DNA from: Marsupella aquatica
Lineage: Eukaryota > Plantae > Marchantiophyta
Direction of reading: 5' to 3'
DNA length: 64,000 nt
Assembly: GCA_973895155.1 (NCBI GenBank)
Contig: OZ316891.1
Coordinates: 12,522,771-12,586,770 of the forward strand
In this document: one piece after another, positions 14,126 to 28,000 of the stretch
Layout of the letters: each line of letters starts with the position of its first letter
How positions within the stretch are numbered: the stretch's first letter is position 1
Translations under genes and position numbers: made by a program
Notes under the pieces: generated by a model
What the model was told of the DNA's origin: nothing
The model's input: only the letters and a program-made list of their open reading frames with translations
Database searches by the model: none

Positions 14126-14501
14126 ATTAATCGAGTGTATTCTCAAGGCGGAAACCCTGCGGGATCCGCGAAGTAACAAACAAGTGGCAGGTCGATCCCA
14201 ATTCTTCACGCGGTTTCTTTTCTCGGAGATCGTGAATCGTGACGGTCTGAGAAGCGGAGTAGTTGAGTTTTCACACGTAAAAACACAGCAGCTCGTTTCG
14301 TGGAAGGAGCTGCGGACTGTCGATGAGATTCGGCCTCATCTGCTCAAAAAAGCTTCGCACAATCGCACGGCAATTCTCGAGTCGAGACAGATCTTTCCTG
14401 ACGTGCGTCCCCCATTCATTCATCCAAAGGTGCAGCGAAAAAAATCTCCCCTCCCGCAACTGCGTCGCTGGTTCGCGCCACACCTAAAAATACACGTCGA
14501 A
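14126..14501 (+). repeat. Left arm of long inverted repeat flanking CML
   Basis: Reverse complement of 16926-17298, e.g. AAGTGGCAGGTCGATCCCAA..TTCTTCACGCGGTT..CTCGGAGATCGTGAATCGTGACGGT..ACACAGCAGCTCGTTTCGTGGAAGG. Confidence 0.9.
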
Positions 14502-15434
14502 CTGGGTTTGAATTCTGTATTTCTGTGTGCCGGCAGAATGAGCAGTATAGACCACGGATAACTGTCGCCATTCGTCCAAACGCAAGTGCATCGTCCACTT
14601 CGCCTGGAACGGCCATTCTTGTTGCTCTCTTTCTTCGGCACAGTACTGTACTTCCGAGTTTTCCAGTCAGGAACTTGCTTATTTTCGGGATCGTAGTACG
14701 AGTCATCGACTCGCCCCGCTCGCAAAACATTTACGGTTTTCTGTTGAGGTGGATTTCGAGAACCCATGTCCTGAAATCAACTTTCGGCATTTCCTTCGCA
14801 TGGTGACTGGAATTGAAGTTAGCTAAGCTCCCGTCGAATGCAGCACAAACCGACGCTTGGAATCACAAAGCGGGGATGAATTTAGTCTGACAATTTGGGA
14901 CGTTTGAACAGAGTCCAATTGGCGAGGCCGACTGAACCATCATCAAAGTTAAATCTACAACCTGTGCAGTCTTAGAGCATGCATGCAGGGTGCCGGGCAA
15001 TTACACGGGGACTGTCAGCCACCAGTTGATTGGATACTTGCAACGTGAACGGGACCGTCAGTACTTGGAATTCGAACGGCGGAGCGGCTTTTTTACCACA
15101 AGGTAGCATCATGACAGCACATTACTCTTTGAGCAAAATCAGCCAGCTACTGTAGCTAGTCGTTCGAAATAATTGCTCCACATAATGGATGAGACAACTA
15201 GAATGAAGGTTGTATACAATTATAGAGGTTTCAGATGACAGCGCGCTACATTGTGCAACTGCGAAGTTCGAGGTAGGTTCACTAGCCAGCTAGGGAGATG
15301 GTTTTGTACTTCTGCAGATACCTAACATTATCAAAATTCGGGGCTTGTGAAAAGTCCTGTCTCGGATGCCAACGCCGCGCAAGTACTGAGTCTTGTTTCA
15401 CTGTTCTTAATCTACAGCGTTGTGAACGAATATA

Positions 15435-16160
15435 ATGAAGCTGCCAAAGATCTTCCAAACGAGGAAGCCTTCTTCGCCCGATCTGGGCTCTGCTAGTGTT
15501 TCAAGGACGTCTTCGTCTTCGGCTCACGGTTCATCTTCGCCCATTTCGTCTGACTCGTTGGTGGAGATTGTGGAGATTCAAAGTGCCGCTCCAGGCAACG
15601 AAGCCGGTCTGAGCAATTCTCGTATCAAGGAGAACGCGAAGAGCACGGAGATAACTTCAGCAGATAACTCTGACTACGAAATCTCGAGGGTTTCACCTTC
15701 GGCTGGTGATCCGGAGTACAAGGAATTGGCCGACGCATTCAAAATCTTCGACAGAAATGGCGATGGTAAAATTTCTGGAAGTGAACTTGGGGAGGTACTG
15801 CGATCGCTCGGAGACGATATTTCCGAAGGGGATTTACAACTCATGGTTGAGGCCGTAGATGTTGATGGAGACGGGTACATTGATCTTCAAGAGTTCGTCG
15901 ATTTGAATAAAGTCGCTGGTGATGGAGCGGGAACAGCGGCGCGGTCAGACGAGTTGAGAGCTGCCTTCCACGTCTTCGACGTCGACAACAATAACTACAT
16001 TTCTGCTGATGAACTTCATCAAGTCCTGAGCCGGCTAGGGCAACAAAGCCTCACCATCGAAGAATGCAGCCGGATGATCGAAGGGGTTGACGAAGATGGC
16101 GACGGGTTGGTCGATTTTGCAGAGTTCGAAAGGATGATGACCGACAACTGCGTGTTTTGA
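15435..16160 (+). CDS. Calmodulin-like EF-hand protein (CML), single exon, 241 aa
   Basis: Four EF-hand loops (DRNGDGKISGSE, DVDGDGYIDLQE, DVDNNNYISADE, DEDGDGLVDFAE) after a Ser-rich N-terminal extension; intronless, as is common for plant CMLs. Confidence 0.95.
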   Translation: MKLPKIFQTRKPSSPDLGSASVSRTSSSSAHGSSSPISSDSLVEIVEIQSAAPGNEAGLSNSRIKENAKSTEITSADNSDYEISRVSPSAGDPEYKELADAFKIFDRNGDGKISGSELGEVLRSLGDDISEGDLQLMVEAVDVDGDGYIDLQEFVDLNKVAGDGAGTAARSDELRAAFHVFDVDNNNYISADELHQVLSRLGQQSLTIEECSRMIEGVDEDGDGLVDFAEFERMMTDNCVF

Positions 16161-16925
16161 CATTTAGATTAGTGCAGATGATTACACACAGTTACAGCAG
16201 TTGTGCCAGATTGGGCTTGAGATTTAATCGTCAAGTGAACCAGGTCTTCGTTGGGGGTCATTTCTCTGAGGGGTCTTTTAGCTCGTACGTCCTTCCTGGC
16301 AGCAAGACAAGAGTGGTTTCAACGGCACAAATTTAAAGAGTCCCTTGTAGATAGACATATGGATAGAAGTATGAACTTCTGGCGTTTGGTTTTCTCGTGT
16401 AACAACTTATCGGTTTTGTCTAACCGGGTATTTCATTTGAGTCTTGTCGGCTCTTTGCATGATAATCGGTTCCACGTATGTTGCAGCGCGACTGAGATGT
16501 AGGTGACATGTTAATACTCATTGTGTGATACTGCTTTCTGGTTCAGAGTTTTGAGCTCGTGGAAAGAATTCCCAGCTCAAATGTATGTCCTACTCTCGTC
16601 AGTAAGTACAAGATCGCTTCCATTCAAGTTACGGCGCAACTGAAAAGGCAGTAAATGGTTGATTTGACATTCATAGGGGACACTCCGTTGTAATTAATTC
16701 AAACCTTCCCTTCTTAAAAGTTTCCAAGCTCCGTCGAATGTACTCCCCTTCGATCACAAAACACATACTGCAACGATGTACTGTAGTAGCTATCATCTGT
16801 CAGACGCCTGGGTACACTATAGAGATTTTGCAATGTTATCATGAATGCTCTGAGTTCGACATAAGCTACTGCTTGCTTAGTCGTGCTACGCTTTATTGTG
16901 GAAAGCACTGTAGAGAGCGAGATAA

Positions 16926-17298
16926 ATTTCGATTAATATTTTTACGTAGGTTGCGAACTTGCGAAGCAATTGAGGGAAGGGAGATTTCCGGCTGTACCTG
17001 TAGATGAATGGATGGGAGACGCACGTCAGGAAGGAGTTGTCCCGACTTGAAAATTGCCGTGCTAAGCTTTTTGATCAGATAGGGCCGAATCTCATCGACC
17101 GTTCCCAGAGCGCCTTCCACGAAACGAGCTGCTGTGTTTTACGTGTGAAAACTCTCAACTACTCCGCTGCTCACCGTCACGATTCACGATCTCCGAGAAA
17201 GCAACCGCGTGAAGAATTTTGGGATCGACCTGCCACTTGATCGTTACTTCTCCGATCCTGCTGCGCGTCGTCGTTTTAATCTTCACACTCGATTAATT
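16926..17298 (-). repeat. Right arm of long inverted repeat flanking CML
   Basis: Reverse complement of 14126-14501 with scattered substitutions and indels. Confidence 0.9.
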
Positions 17299-17349
17299 TT
17301 AACTGTACAATCTGGATCGAAAGCTACTTTTCAGAACCTACTGTCTACA

Positions 17350-17648
17350 GTGAAACTGGTAGACCTCTTGTGCCTTTGAAAATGCTATGCACTAGACTAA
17401 TCTTACTATATAATATCGCCTACTGGCTAGAGCTAAACTGGTAGACCTGTTTCAGCCTTTCAAAATACACTAGACTAATCTAACTATATAATATTGCCCA
17501 CTGGCTAGAGTGAAGCTTATAGATTGTCACTCTGGGACGTCCCACTTCAGGCGCTATAGGTGAAACTTGTAGACCTGTTTCAGCCTTCGAAAATAAAATA
17601 CTCTAGACTAATCTAACTATATAATATAGCCCACTGGCTAGAGTGAAG
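17350..17648. repeat. ~78-bp repeat, 3 copies (third after a spacer)
   Basis: Unit AAACTGGTAGACCTGTTTCAGCCTTT..AAAATACACTAGACTAATCTAACTATATAATAT.GCCCACTGGCTAGAG. Confidence 0.85.
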
Positions 17649-20600
17649 GGACCCCCAACATTAAGCTAGCGAAAACTCTATCTGGTGGAAAAAGGGGATT
17701 CACTTCGAAGTTGGGACCCCCAACATCAGGCAAGAGGAAACTGTAGCCCGCGGAAATGAGGATTGGACGTAGGTGAGTTTCTAGGTTTGGCTAGGGGAAA
17801 CGCATGGCTTATCTACAGTGCCCACTAGTAAATACTGGAAAATTATGTACACACTTGTGAATAATGGGAAAGTGTTTGGACAGACTCGGAGACTTGATTC
17901 ATGCCAATAACCCATTTTTAAATCAGGGAATCCATATGCCAGGCTGGTGAGGGGGTTATGGCCATACTTGATGCTGGGACATATACCACACGATGCCAAG
18001 TGAATAGTTCAATTGTAACGTATTTCTTTTGCATTGTGCAAGTACTGGAACATTTTGCTCACAAAACACTCATGGATAAAAAAGAAAGTATTCTTTGTAT
18101 TTCTGCATCTAGTTACTCATCACCTGAGATGCATAAATAGATTGGCTCAGATTCCTAGGCTTCTCCTTGTTTTCTCTCCCTTCTTGGGTTTCCTATCTGG
18201 ATCATGTGTCCCAGTTTGGCACTTTTTGTTCATTTGCAGTGTGTTATATATAGTCAGTGAAAGATATTACTATGTATCATTATAACAAAATTGCACACAC
18301 ATCAAAAATATTTAATTTTCAGTGCGCTGATTGCATCCTGTTTGTACTCTTGTCCAATGTCTCCCAGCATTACAATAAATAGACTTCATTGAAAACTTAG
18401 AGGGAAGATTCTTAAGTATATAGTTACAGTCCGACTCTTGCATTTCCTCATTGGTTTCGCCCCTGTACTCTTACCACATGTTTGAACTTGGCCAAAGAAG
18501 GTTTGAGCCACTCCCTCCTTCCCACACAAGGAAAATATGAATTCTCAATGTTGTGCCCCTTTCTGGTTTTGAGACTTAAGTTGAGCTTTACCATTGAGCC
18601 CTGCAGTCCTATATGATTCTTCTGTCCTTTTGTAGACATTTGTCTTTGCAACTTTTTAGACAGTGTGGACACCATGAATGCTTTGGAGGTGTAGAAGGCG
18701 AATTTCAAAATTGAGCCTGTGCTTTTGTGTTTGTGTGAATGAGGTTTCACAATGTCTTGAAGGTCCCCTATGCAGGTGATTGAGCTCTTATGTGACACAA
18801 TTGTTGCCACAGGTGGTGTGGCAACTCGAGAAGCCCTGCCATGCCACCTATAGTTGCGGGTCCACTCTCAAGTCTCAATGCTATGTACTTTTGCACTTTG
18901 CAATATGCAGAGCTCTTTGAAAATCAAAATTGTCACATTGCTTGTGCACATTGTTAGGGCTCATTCATTTCAAAGCTCTTAATTTACTCTACACTTCCAT
19001 CCAACTGGTGCTCGAAGACTTGTTCCAGATAAATTGTGTTTGCAGTTTGTAAATTCAATCTGAGGTTTGGATCTTGAGTACAATATTAGATCCTGGGAGA
19101 TATATGTAGAATGCTAGATGTAGGCTCTCCTATTGTATAGTTCTTCCCATGACTAGATGCCAATTTATGGAGTCATAGTTGACAACATCTTTGATGGTGG
19201 TAGTCATTCACAGTTGGGGCAACAAGATGAACATTCATTGTTGGCAGTTGTCAACAAGGTTGCGTAACCAAGAGCAGCACTGCCCACTTTGGTGAGTTTT
19301 CCATAATCATATGCTTATTCTAAAGGTAAACCAGGATTAACCTTTGAGGCAAATTTTTAGCATCTGACTCATGTTGCCTAGTCTGATTGTAGCTGATACC
19401 CATGATTGGTTATTTCTAGTACAGGATGTATGCTTTGTACATAACCCTATGTTATAGACTCAGGTTGTCAGCTAAAACATGTTAGAACCAGGTTTCAAAA
19501 CTATTCAAAATTGCTAATATTTTCGCCCTAATGTGATTTAAAAAATTTAGCACAATTATTCTATAAATTACAAAAAATTCTTCCATTGTTCAAATTGATC
19601 ATAGTTCTAATACAAAAATGGATACTTTGGATCCAACTTGTATGCAGGGGCTTGGCCATTTTTGAATACTGACTTTAGTACTTGGACCCCTCATGTTAGT
19701 ACCTAGAGAAAAAACTGTGGTCCAAGTACTACAGTCAGTCTTCAAACTTGAAGATGGTAGTTCCAAGTGCACACCTCAAGTTGAAGGTTGAATACAAATT
19801 AAAATCGATTTATACTCATCTTGTGGACCTTGTGGACGAAGAGAAAGGTAGGTAATCAGTAAAGCTTTGGGGACTCATGATGCTAGGGTAACCTTTCTTC
19901 TTCTTTCACTCAATGCTTTGGAGATATAAATCAACTTGTTTCCTCCTAGATTAATTGTGAGGCTACACATATTGTAGTGCGTTAGGGCTCCTCAACTCAA
20001 GCACACAATAATCTTTTGACATTCTTGGAGGCCTTCGTATTAGAAGTGCCTTGCTTGGTTGTAGAAGGTGGGGTATCTGGACAAAAAGTCATTCAATGTT
20101 GGCACTGAAGTCCTACTCTGGACAAAGTATGGTTATCTGCTGTTTTTACAGTAAAGATTACAAGGATTGCACCATTAGCAGTAGGGTTAAGACCGCAAGT
20201 CAACAGACTTTGAAGGTGCAGAGGGTCATGGATCGTCACTACCTTGTATTGGGCTAGGCACTCTAGTAGTGAATATGACTTCCCTGCGTTTCTTGGATAG
20301 GGTTCAGGGGTTTACTACTGTCGTAGTCCATATGGACCACTCTGAAACATAAATTTGAACTCTTTGAGTGTATTCTTTTTAGATAGAGCTGTGGTTATGG
20401 TGTGAGCTACTTTTTTAATCGTTTGATTTACACTTCTGAATCGAAAATTATTTCTGTTATGTTCTTTTTGATGTACAAAAAGACACTACACAACTGCACC
20501 GTGAACAATTTTGATGGTTAAAGAATGAATTTGGAGTTGCTGATGGGGATATTCATTGCAGACCCTTTTCACATGGAGTACGATCAATCATACAAGTCTC

Positions 20601-22040
20601 AGGTACATAGTAACTTGGGGAGTTGCAAAAGGCATTTTCATGATTGTTTCCCAATCTTGTGACCGAGATTGTATACTACTCTGTAATGGTATTTGCAGCC
20701 TTGTCGTTGTGCAGCCACAAATCGCAACTATGTAGTCCTTAGTCCAGTCGAAAAGTCGGATCCAGAACATGGATACCAAAGCTTGCAATCAAGCAAGGGA
20801 CGCTGTAAAACGTTGCTTTGATTGTATGGTCTGCGTCCATCACAAATTTCCAATGCACCTGAATCCTACTCTCCAGATTCAGAAACGATTCAGATTCATG
20901 TCTCATTGACTCCTAGAAAGATTGGAAGGCTTCCATACTCCCAGACATGAATCATGGATGGGCCGTTAATTATACATTTTGACAGAAATCACTTGAAATA
21001 TCCTCTAACCAAACTAAGCAATAACTGATGGAGTCGTTAGCCAACAGCTACATAGCACTTTGGGCCAATCCGGATATGAATCCTGCGCGGTTTCCTTTCA
21101 GACATTTGTCCGGCAGAAGAGTACCGAACTAGAAAGTAAACATTTAAAGGGTTAGCGAGAACATAATTTCTTTATATCGCGACCTCGATGATGAACATAC
21201 AAGACTTGGACCACGCAGGAACCCAACAGAGGCACGTCTGTCTCCAAAGAGAATCGGCACACAATAATTATGGATTTCTCCGTACAATAATAACATATCA
21301 CAATCTCCCCTGAGAACCTGCAAAAATCTCTGCAGTGTGAGTCATGGATCTTTGGGATTGTCATCTTTACCTCAGCTCAACCACAAAGCATGAAGCGGGC
21401 TATCGTACTGTTTGACGTAATCACACCAGATCAAGAGAACTAGTGGAAAACGAACTACTGCAGCGCATACCATTAGATGAAATTCAGAGAAACGAAAAAA
21501 TGTCTGACAGCAATATTAAGACGAAGATAAATTGCAACAACAAATTGTTATGTTAGTCACAAATACCTTGACAGAAAGACGTGCTTTCCCCACTCATGTT
21601 TTACATTTGTACAAGACCTATCGACCATTTTCTCCCATCTGGTACTGACAAATCTCCAGCAGGCAATCTGGTACAAAAGCTCAAGGACAGTCCGTGCATT
21701 AGTATTGCGATTACCATCACGACTTCGCTAGGCAACTTTCATCCGTCTTACAGTTGCTGGCTTTCAGAATTGTAACTATCGACGAGAAAATTTCCTTCAG
21801 CAAGTTTTGTTGATAGCCGCGGACGTCGAGTGGACTCCACGAATGACCAAAAAATTTCCCCGTTCCAGTTTCCGACGAGCTAATATCAAGGGTTTGAAAT
21901 ATACCAGAGGCATGGGAAACGATCAAGTACACCTATTGCCTAAAAGATTATATTAGACAATGGGAATACCTTTGACTCTTCCTCCTTAAACTAACAATCT
22001 CAAGTCTATACAAGAAGAGGCATTAACTACAAAGAGTACC

Positions 22041-25000
22041 TCATATTGTTCTGGTGTTATAAGAACCGCAAAAGTTGCACTTATGATACAACCAATGAAA
22101 TGGTGCGCTTCCTTTCCTTTCACAATCATTGCACAAAATGTCCTGACCACAACCACACGAAATGTTGATGCGTCATGGAATACTCGAAAATTTGTAGCGT
22201 TAACACAGTAAAAACATCGTGGCTAGTACAAATTCAGCTAGAAATAGCCAAATAGTAAATCCCTCAGCTCTTTGCAGTAATGTACCTGCTGTCGGTTATG
22301 GTACTCTGGGGGCAGCTGTTCCGCTGCCAAGAGAGCATCCAGCATACCAAAATATACCTATAACACGGTATTGTTACGTTAGATGTGAACAAGAGTTACG
22401 CACAAAGGTCCATGATACCGAACGAGACTAAAAGTCAACCGCTGATGGCTTGACAAAGAGAACTAGTTCTTGGACAACAGAAAACTCATTTCAACGAGCA
22501 GGAAGGAATCCGATCTAAACACCTACCGCCATGTCTCCAACTGACTTGCTGCAGATTGGACAAGTATAATTGCTACAAGCATATGCCTGCAGAACCAACA
22601 AAGGAAGAAGGTCGGCACGAAGGTCTAGTCGGCGTAAAATTTATGATAACCATGTGCAGCAAACGATTGTAAGAACATGATCCTAAAAATCCCACATTGC
22701 CTCCTCGAATTGCGAGTTCCACAAATACCACATGGATCTTAGAAAAGTTCTGTGCACTAGGTAGGATATTGTGGACCAGAAATTCCAACCATCAAAATTG
22801 CTTCCCTAAAAGGCTGAGACAATTTGTCTTCATCTACTTTGACACGTAAAAAAAACCCGAACAAGAAGGACATGAAAAGGCCAACTTGACATACCTTGAA
22901 ACAATCTGAATGCATAAAGTGACCACAAGGCAGGGCCTTCACAGGTGTGTTCGAGGTGAAGAGAAAGTCATGACAGATGGGGCAGTCTGATTCCATTCCT
23001 TTCTCACGACACTTATGCACAGTGAGTTGCATGGACATGCAAGCATTACATGTCATGCAGTGAAAGTAATCCTGGCCCAAGCCCTTACCAACTCGACAGA
23101 GGTTGCAGAAGGGACAATGGTATATTTCCCTACAAGCACAGGAAAGCCGATGAACAACAGTCACGACAGGAAAGCTCGTAATTGCACTGCAAAAGGGGAT
23201 GAACCTAGACCTGTCATCACCTAAATACGAAAGAGATGTAAATTACTGGCCTGTCGAGCTACGTTGAAAACAAAGGATGTGCTAAACAAACAAAAGAGAA
23301 GCTCGGCTAATTATTACCTGTCATCGTTGTTAAAAAACTTGCAAATGCCACAGTAGTATTTTGCCATGGAATACCCATTGCATGAGGGTGTCGAACACAC
23401 TTGTGCAACAGGTTGGACTTGTAAACATTTCATGCACATCATCTCCGTGGTTGCATGCCTACTCAAAACCAAATGTCAATACTACATGTAACGTTGCCCG
23501 AAAAGTAGATTTCAATTAAAAGCTCCCAGAAAATCCAAGTGTTTGTATGTATTTTCCCACGGACCAAATAAATTACAATTTTACAGCAACACCAAGAAGC
23601 CAAATTTGTCACAAAATAACTAACACCAAGATAAAATGAGTACAGCATTATATCATACGTTTCCATTTATTGAATATTCCAAATTCGTTCTGCATGTCAT
23701 ACGTACTCGACGTTTACTCTAGAGATCAACTGGGAAAACTCTTCCTCACATCAAATGATCCATTACATAAGTGACTAGGATAACAGAAAGTTGAATTCAA
23801 ATAACAAACTATAGAAGGCCAACCTGTCCATCGAGTGGTCACTGACTTTATCATGGCAAAACCGGCATGTCGTCAACAAGCCACAACAAGCCGCCTTGAT
23901 CTTGCATTTGCGCTGATAGTGTTCACATCCAAACACTCCTCGGCTTTCATCATGGAATGATACACACTGTCCTGGATCTTCGAGCGCATCCCCTACCACA
24001 TCCTCTTCATTGTTGGATAGCTGTTGCTGAGCAACAATCCAGCGACTGCAGTGTGGACCGTAGCATGTTATTTGAAATTGTGGCAAACAAGATCAAAACG
24101 TCGGAGATCAATTAACTACCTCGAGTACAAATTTGACAAGCAGTACTGACCTTGTCATAAGATTTTGAATAAGATAAGCCTTCCGTCGCGGATCGAGAGA
24201 GCTATCTCTGGAAACTTTGCGAATTGCAGCCTCCAGCTCCTTTTGATTCATTCTAAAAATATCTCTCCATCCAGGTTTGAAAGTTTCACTACCATCTCCA
24301 ACTAAAAGCCTTCTGTCATCTCCTTTATCTATCCCGACCATATCTACTTTGTATCCCACCTCACTAGGCACTGAACCGGCAGGTTCGTCACTCTTGTACC
24401 CATCAGCTTCTTCATCCACTCCATCGGGTGAATCACGATTCGACACCAGTAACTCGGGGGCAGAGTTCTGAGATGAAGGACTCGTCGTCGTACTAAGTTC
24501 ACCACCCAAAGTACCATGGCCTAAGTAATCTGCCACAATCTGCAAGGATTCATCTGAGCCAGAAGGAGGAGTTTTATCTCTGGCAAATTTGGCCGATTGT
24601 GGGGTCACAGAAGAACTGTCTTTCCACCAGGCACTCAACCATTTATCAAACATGGTATTCCGGGTGGCTTGTCGCCAAGTGTCCATCATCGTGTTTTGTT
24701 CTTGCTCAGTGAGGGCTGTGGTAACCCAAGGCAGCATAGCTTGTAAAACTTCTGCACCCGTCGTTCCAATGATCTGTCCAACTATTTTATCCTGCTCTTC
24801 TATCGTAAAGTGCACATCAAACAAAGGCCAGAGTTCAAGCTCTTCTCTTGAAACATGCTGGTCAAGGCTTATCCGTACAGATTTGCACATGCGCTGCAAT
24901 TTGCCAGCTAAATCTTGTTGCCGCCTTGCAATCTCACCTTTCCTAGTGACGTCTCCTAACTCACTCTGCCCCTGAGATGCAGTAGGGACATGCGCATATA

Positions 25001-28000
25001 CAGGGCTGTGAAGTAGCCAAAGCTCCTGAAGGACATCTGATATATCCTTCAAAAGCTGCTCTTCCTGTTTATGGTCTATAGTGTAAGAATGACTGACGTT
25101 GTGGAGGGCCTCCTTAGCTTCTAAGGCCGGGAAGACAATGTCATCCTCTGCATTGCTATGAGCACGGTAAAGTCCCGACAAAAAATGGAACCGCCCGCTG
25201 AACTGTCTCAAGAACTCCTCTGTACAATTAGCAAGATGCGCTGACTCAATATCCAGGTACTCTAAGTCCTTTCGAATTGCTTTGTGAAACTGGAAAATGT
25301 GGTCAATAGGTTTTGCAGGACCAAAACCACCACCGGAGTTTCCCCATCCAAATAAGCCCGAGCCCATTGACCCACTCATCAAAGGATTCGAGGATCCCAT
25401 GGACATTGACCGTAGAGACGATCCACGTGACTTTGCTCGCATTCCGTCGCAACCTAAGCCAGGAACGCAGCAGCCTGAACTCCCACAAGGACCTTGACTG
25501 GCCCCAACAGCATCCGTCTCCGATTTACCTGCAACAGCTTCATTTCCTCCCTTTCCCCCTCGAAGTCGCTTGTAGGGTCTCTCATAAAGGGATTCAAGAG
25601 GGGATTCCTGGATTTTTTTGCCCGAAGCAGACATCTTCGTTGCTTTCATTTTCCTTGCAGGGCATTCTTTTGGAGATATGCACCGGAATGTCCCCGGACC
25701 ACCAAGTTTTCTTGGATGACCCTTACAAGCCCACCCCGTGAAGAGGGTAACCAGAGCTTTATCTGTCACTGGAGCTACATACGACACCAAATCTAGTCAG
25801 GTTTGAGCCTAAGAATAGCAGAAAGATCAATTACCATAAAGATAAGTGTCACTCAAATGCGCATGTCAGCTTGTGGTGATCAAACCTGATTCACCTCATG
25901 ACTAAATCAAGAGACGGGGAACGAACCTGCTAATCGCATGTTGCGGAACATATCCTTAGCTTCTTCTTCGCTTAACACTGATACCAACCACGGTAGTACC
26001 CGTTCTAATAACTTAAGTGGCATCACTCGCAGGCTTTGATACAATAGGCTGCGCTGCTCCTCCACACTGAAGTGTTCGCGAGCTAGGGGTAATACCTAGA
26101 CAAACGAAATGACTTTCTCAATCTTCACAGCACTACATAAATCATACCATGCCAATGTATTTAAATGCGTGAACTCAACATCAGAGACAGAAAGGATTTT
26201 TCAATTCACAAACACAGCAGCATATGTGCTTTTTCTGCAACTTCCATGAGTACGGCACACCCAGCAAATAGTACTACATTGGAAAGAAAAGAGGCAACTC
26301 CTTACCAAACATGCCAGGAAAAAATAATACACTGCTACCTTCGAAAAACAAGAGGGTCCTCGAAGAAGACCCAGATGACGGACTGGAAGAGATTGACAGG
26401 TATAACTCGCAACAAATCAAAACTTCAGTATGACTCGAGCTGTAAAACAAAGAGCGCGCGTCAAAACTCGCACCTCTTCTTCTTCATCATGAAGATGCTG
26501 CCGAATGCTTTTAACCATCACTTCAGCTTGAGCACAGAGTCTTACATACAACTGAGAAGATACGGCACTGCCAGTCTCGACAGACTGGAGACCTTCTACC
26601 AGCCTTCGAACGTCATCGATTTGTTGCTCTTCTCTTGCGTGGTCGAGAGCACAGGAAAAAACACTCTTGACCTTTTCATTGACAGCAGGAAAGAGGACCT
26701 TGTCTTCGGCCGTACTGCACGACGACAGGGTGCATCCACAACCGTGTCAATCGCTTCAGATATCCCAATAGGCTAAACTCATCATGCTGTATACAACTTC
26801 ATAGTTACAAGTTCCATGCGTCGTAGCCCTCCCTCACGTTCAGCTGTCTCGCGAATGTAATTACTGAAGTTCAAAGACCAAACACGCATACTAACTGCCA
26901 AGAAACGGACTTGGCATGTAGTTACCGAATAATATTAGTCTCCAAAGAAGCATACCTGTGAAAAATGCAAACTTCTGCTAAAAATTGAAGCCGCTCCACA
27001 AATGACGACAGATTTGCAGGAATTATTCCAGATAACTGCATCTGGCGAGTTTCTTCGGCGAATTCCCTCAACTCTTTTCTAATGGCATTATGCCAGTAGA
27101 TTAACTCATTAATCGGGACCCGTAATGGACTGGTCCTCCCATGCAACCCTTTGGCAGTCAACTCCTGACCTATATCTGGGTCACAAAGCTTAGGTGGTCC
27201 ACCTTCCTTCTCACGGCAATCCTCCAGCATTCCAGTTGCTACACGCGAAGGACAGTCTTCAATAATGGCAGCCTTGCTCAGTTGCCCACGATGCACAAAG
27301 TCACTGATTGGTGACAAACTGACAATATCGCCACCTATACTTTGATCTACAGTTCCTCCACCTTCTAACCACGCAAAGACCACCTGTGCCAGACAAACGC
27401 AAACTCAGACTACCAGTGTGGGCAGTCAACGCGATCAAACCAGTGAACTACGTGACAGATAAAAAAACATACAGAACGAAAGATATTGAGACCTTTTCTC
27501 CCACCTGCTGTAACAGTTGCTCTTCGGGAACAATTTCTTCTAAGCATGCAGTCATCTGCTGTCGTTCCTCCTGAGTTAAGGAAGTCGCCAACCAAGGCAA
27601 GAATTTTTCCATCAAGTTGACGGGGATGCTGCAGAGAAACTGCCAGACCAGGTCTGCTTGCTCTTCAAAGCTGAAGTGACGCATCAAGAGAGGGAACACC
27701 TGCAAGAGAAGGCAAGAACAAACCTTACATTCTTGACTTCCACAGAGTGAAGGAAATTGATTCAGCCAGCCAGTCCTCGCTACCCACCTTCATGTCGAGC
27801 AAGCTTTACTAAGAAGATCCACATATTGGGATAGCAGATACCCCGGCCAGAAACGCAAAGCAATACCTAGTGGAGGTGAATGGTAATCAAGGAAACTAAA
27901 CCTGCTCCTCTTCTTTGGAAAGGTGTTGACATAAGGTGGTCTGAATGGCTTCAGTGCAGCAGATGAGCTCTCGACGCAACTTCATCGGGGCGCTTCCTTT

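Noticed and set aside
14184-14806. ORFs within and beside the CML inverted-repeat arm
   Set aside because: The reading frame is not conserved between the two arms (indels), so the repeat is non-coding.
18440-20300. Possible decayed gene or TE (WCPHC-like fragment on the minus strand)
   Set aside because: Many stops and no coherent motif series; cannot be assigned without a database search.
26165-26776. 203-aa plus-strand ORF
   Set aside because: Antisense to a BTS exon and intron; no recognisable domain.
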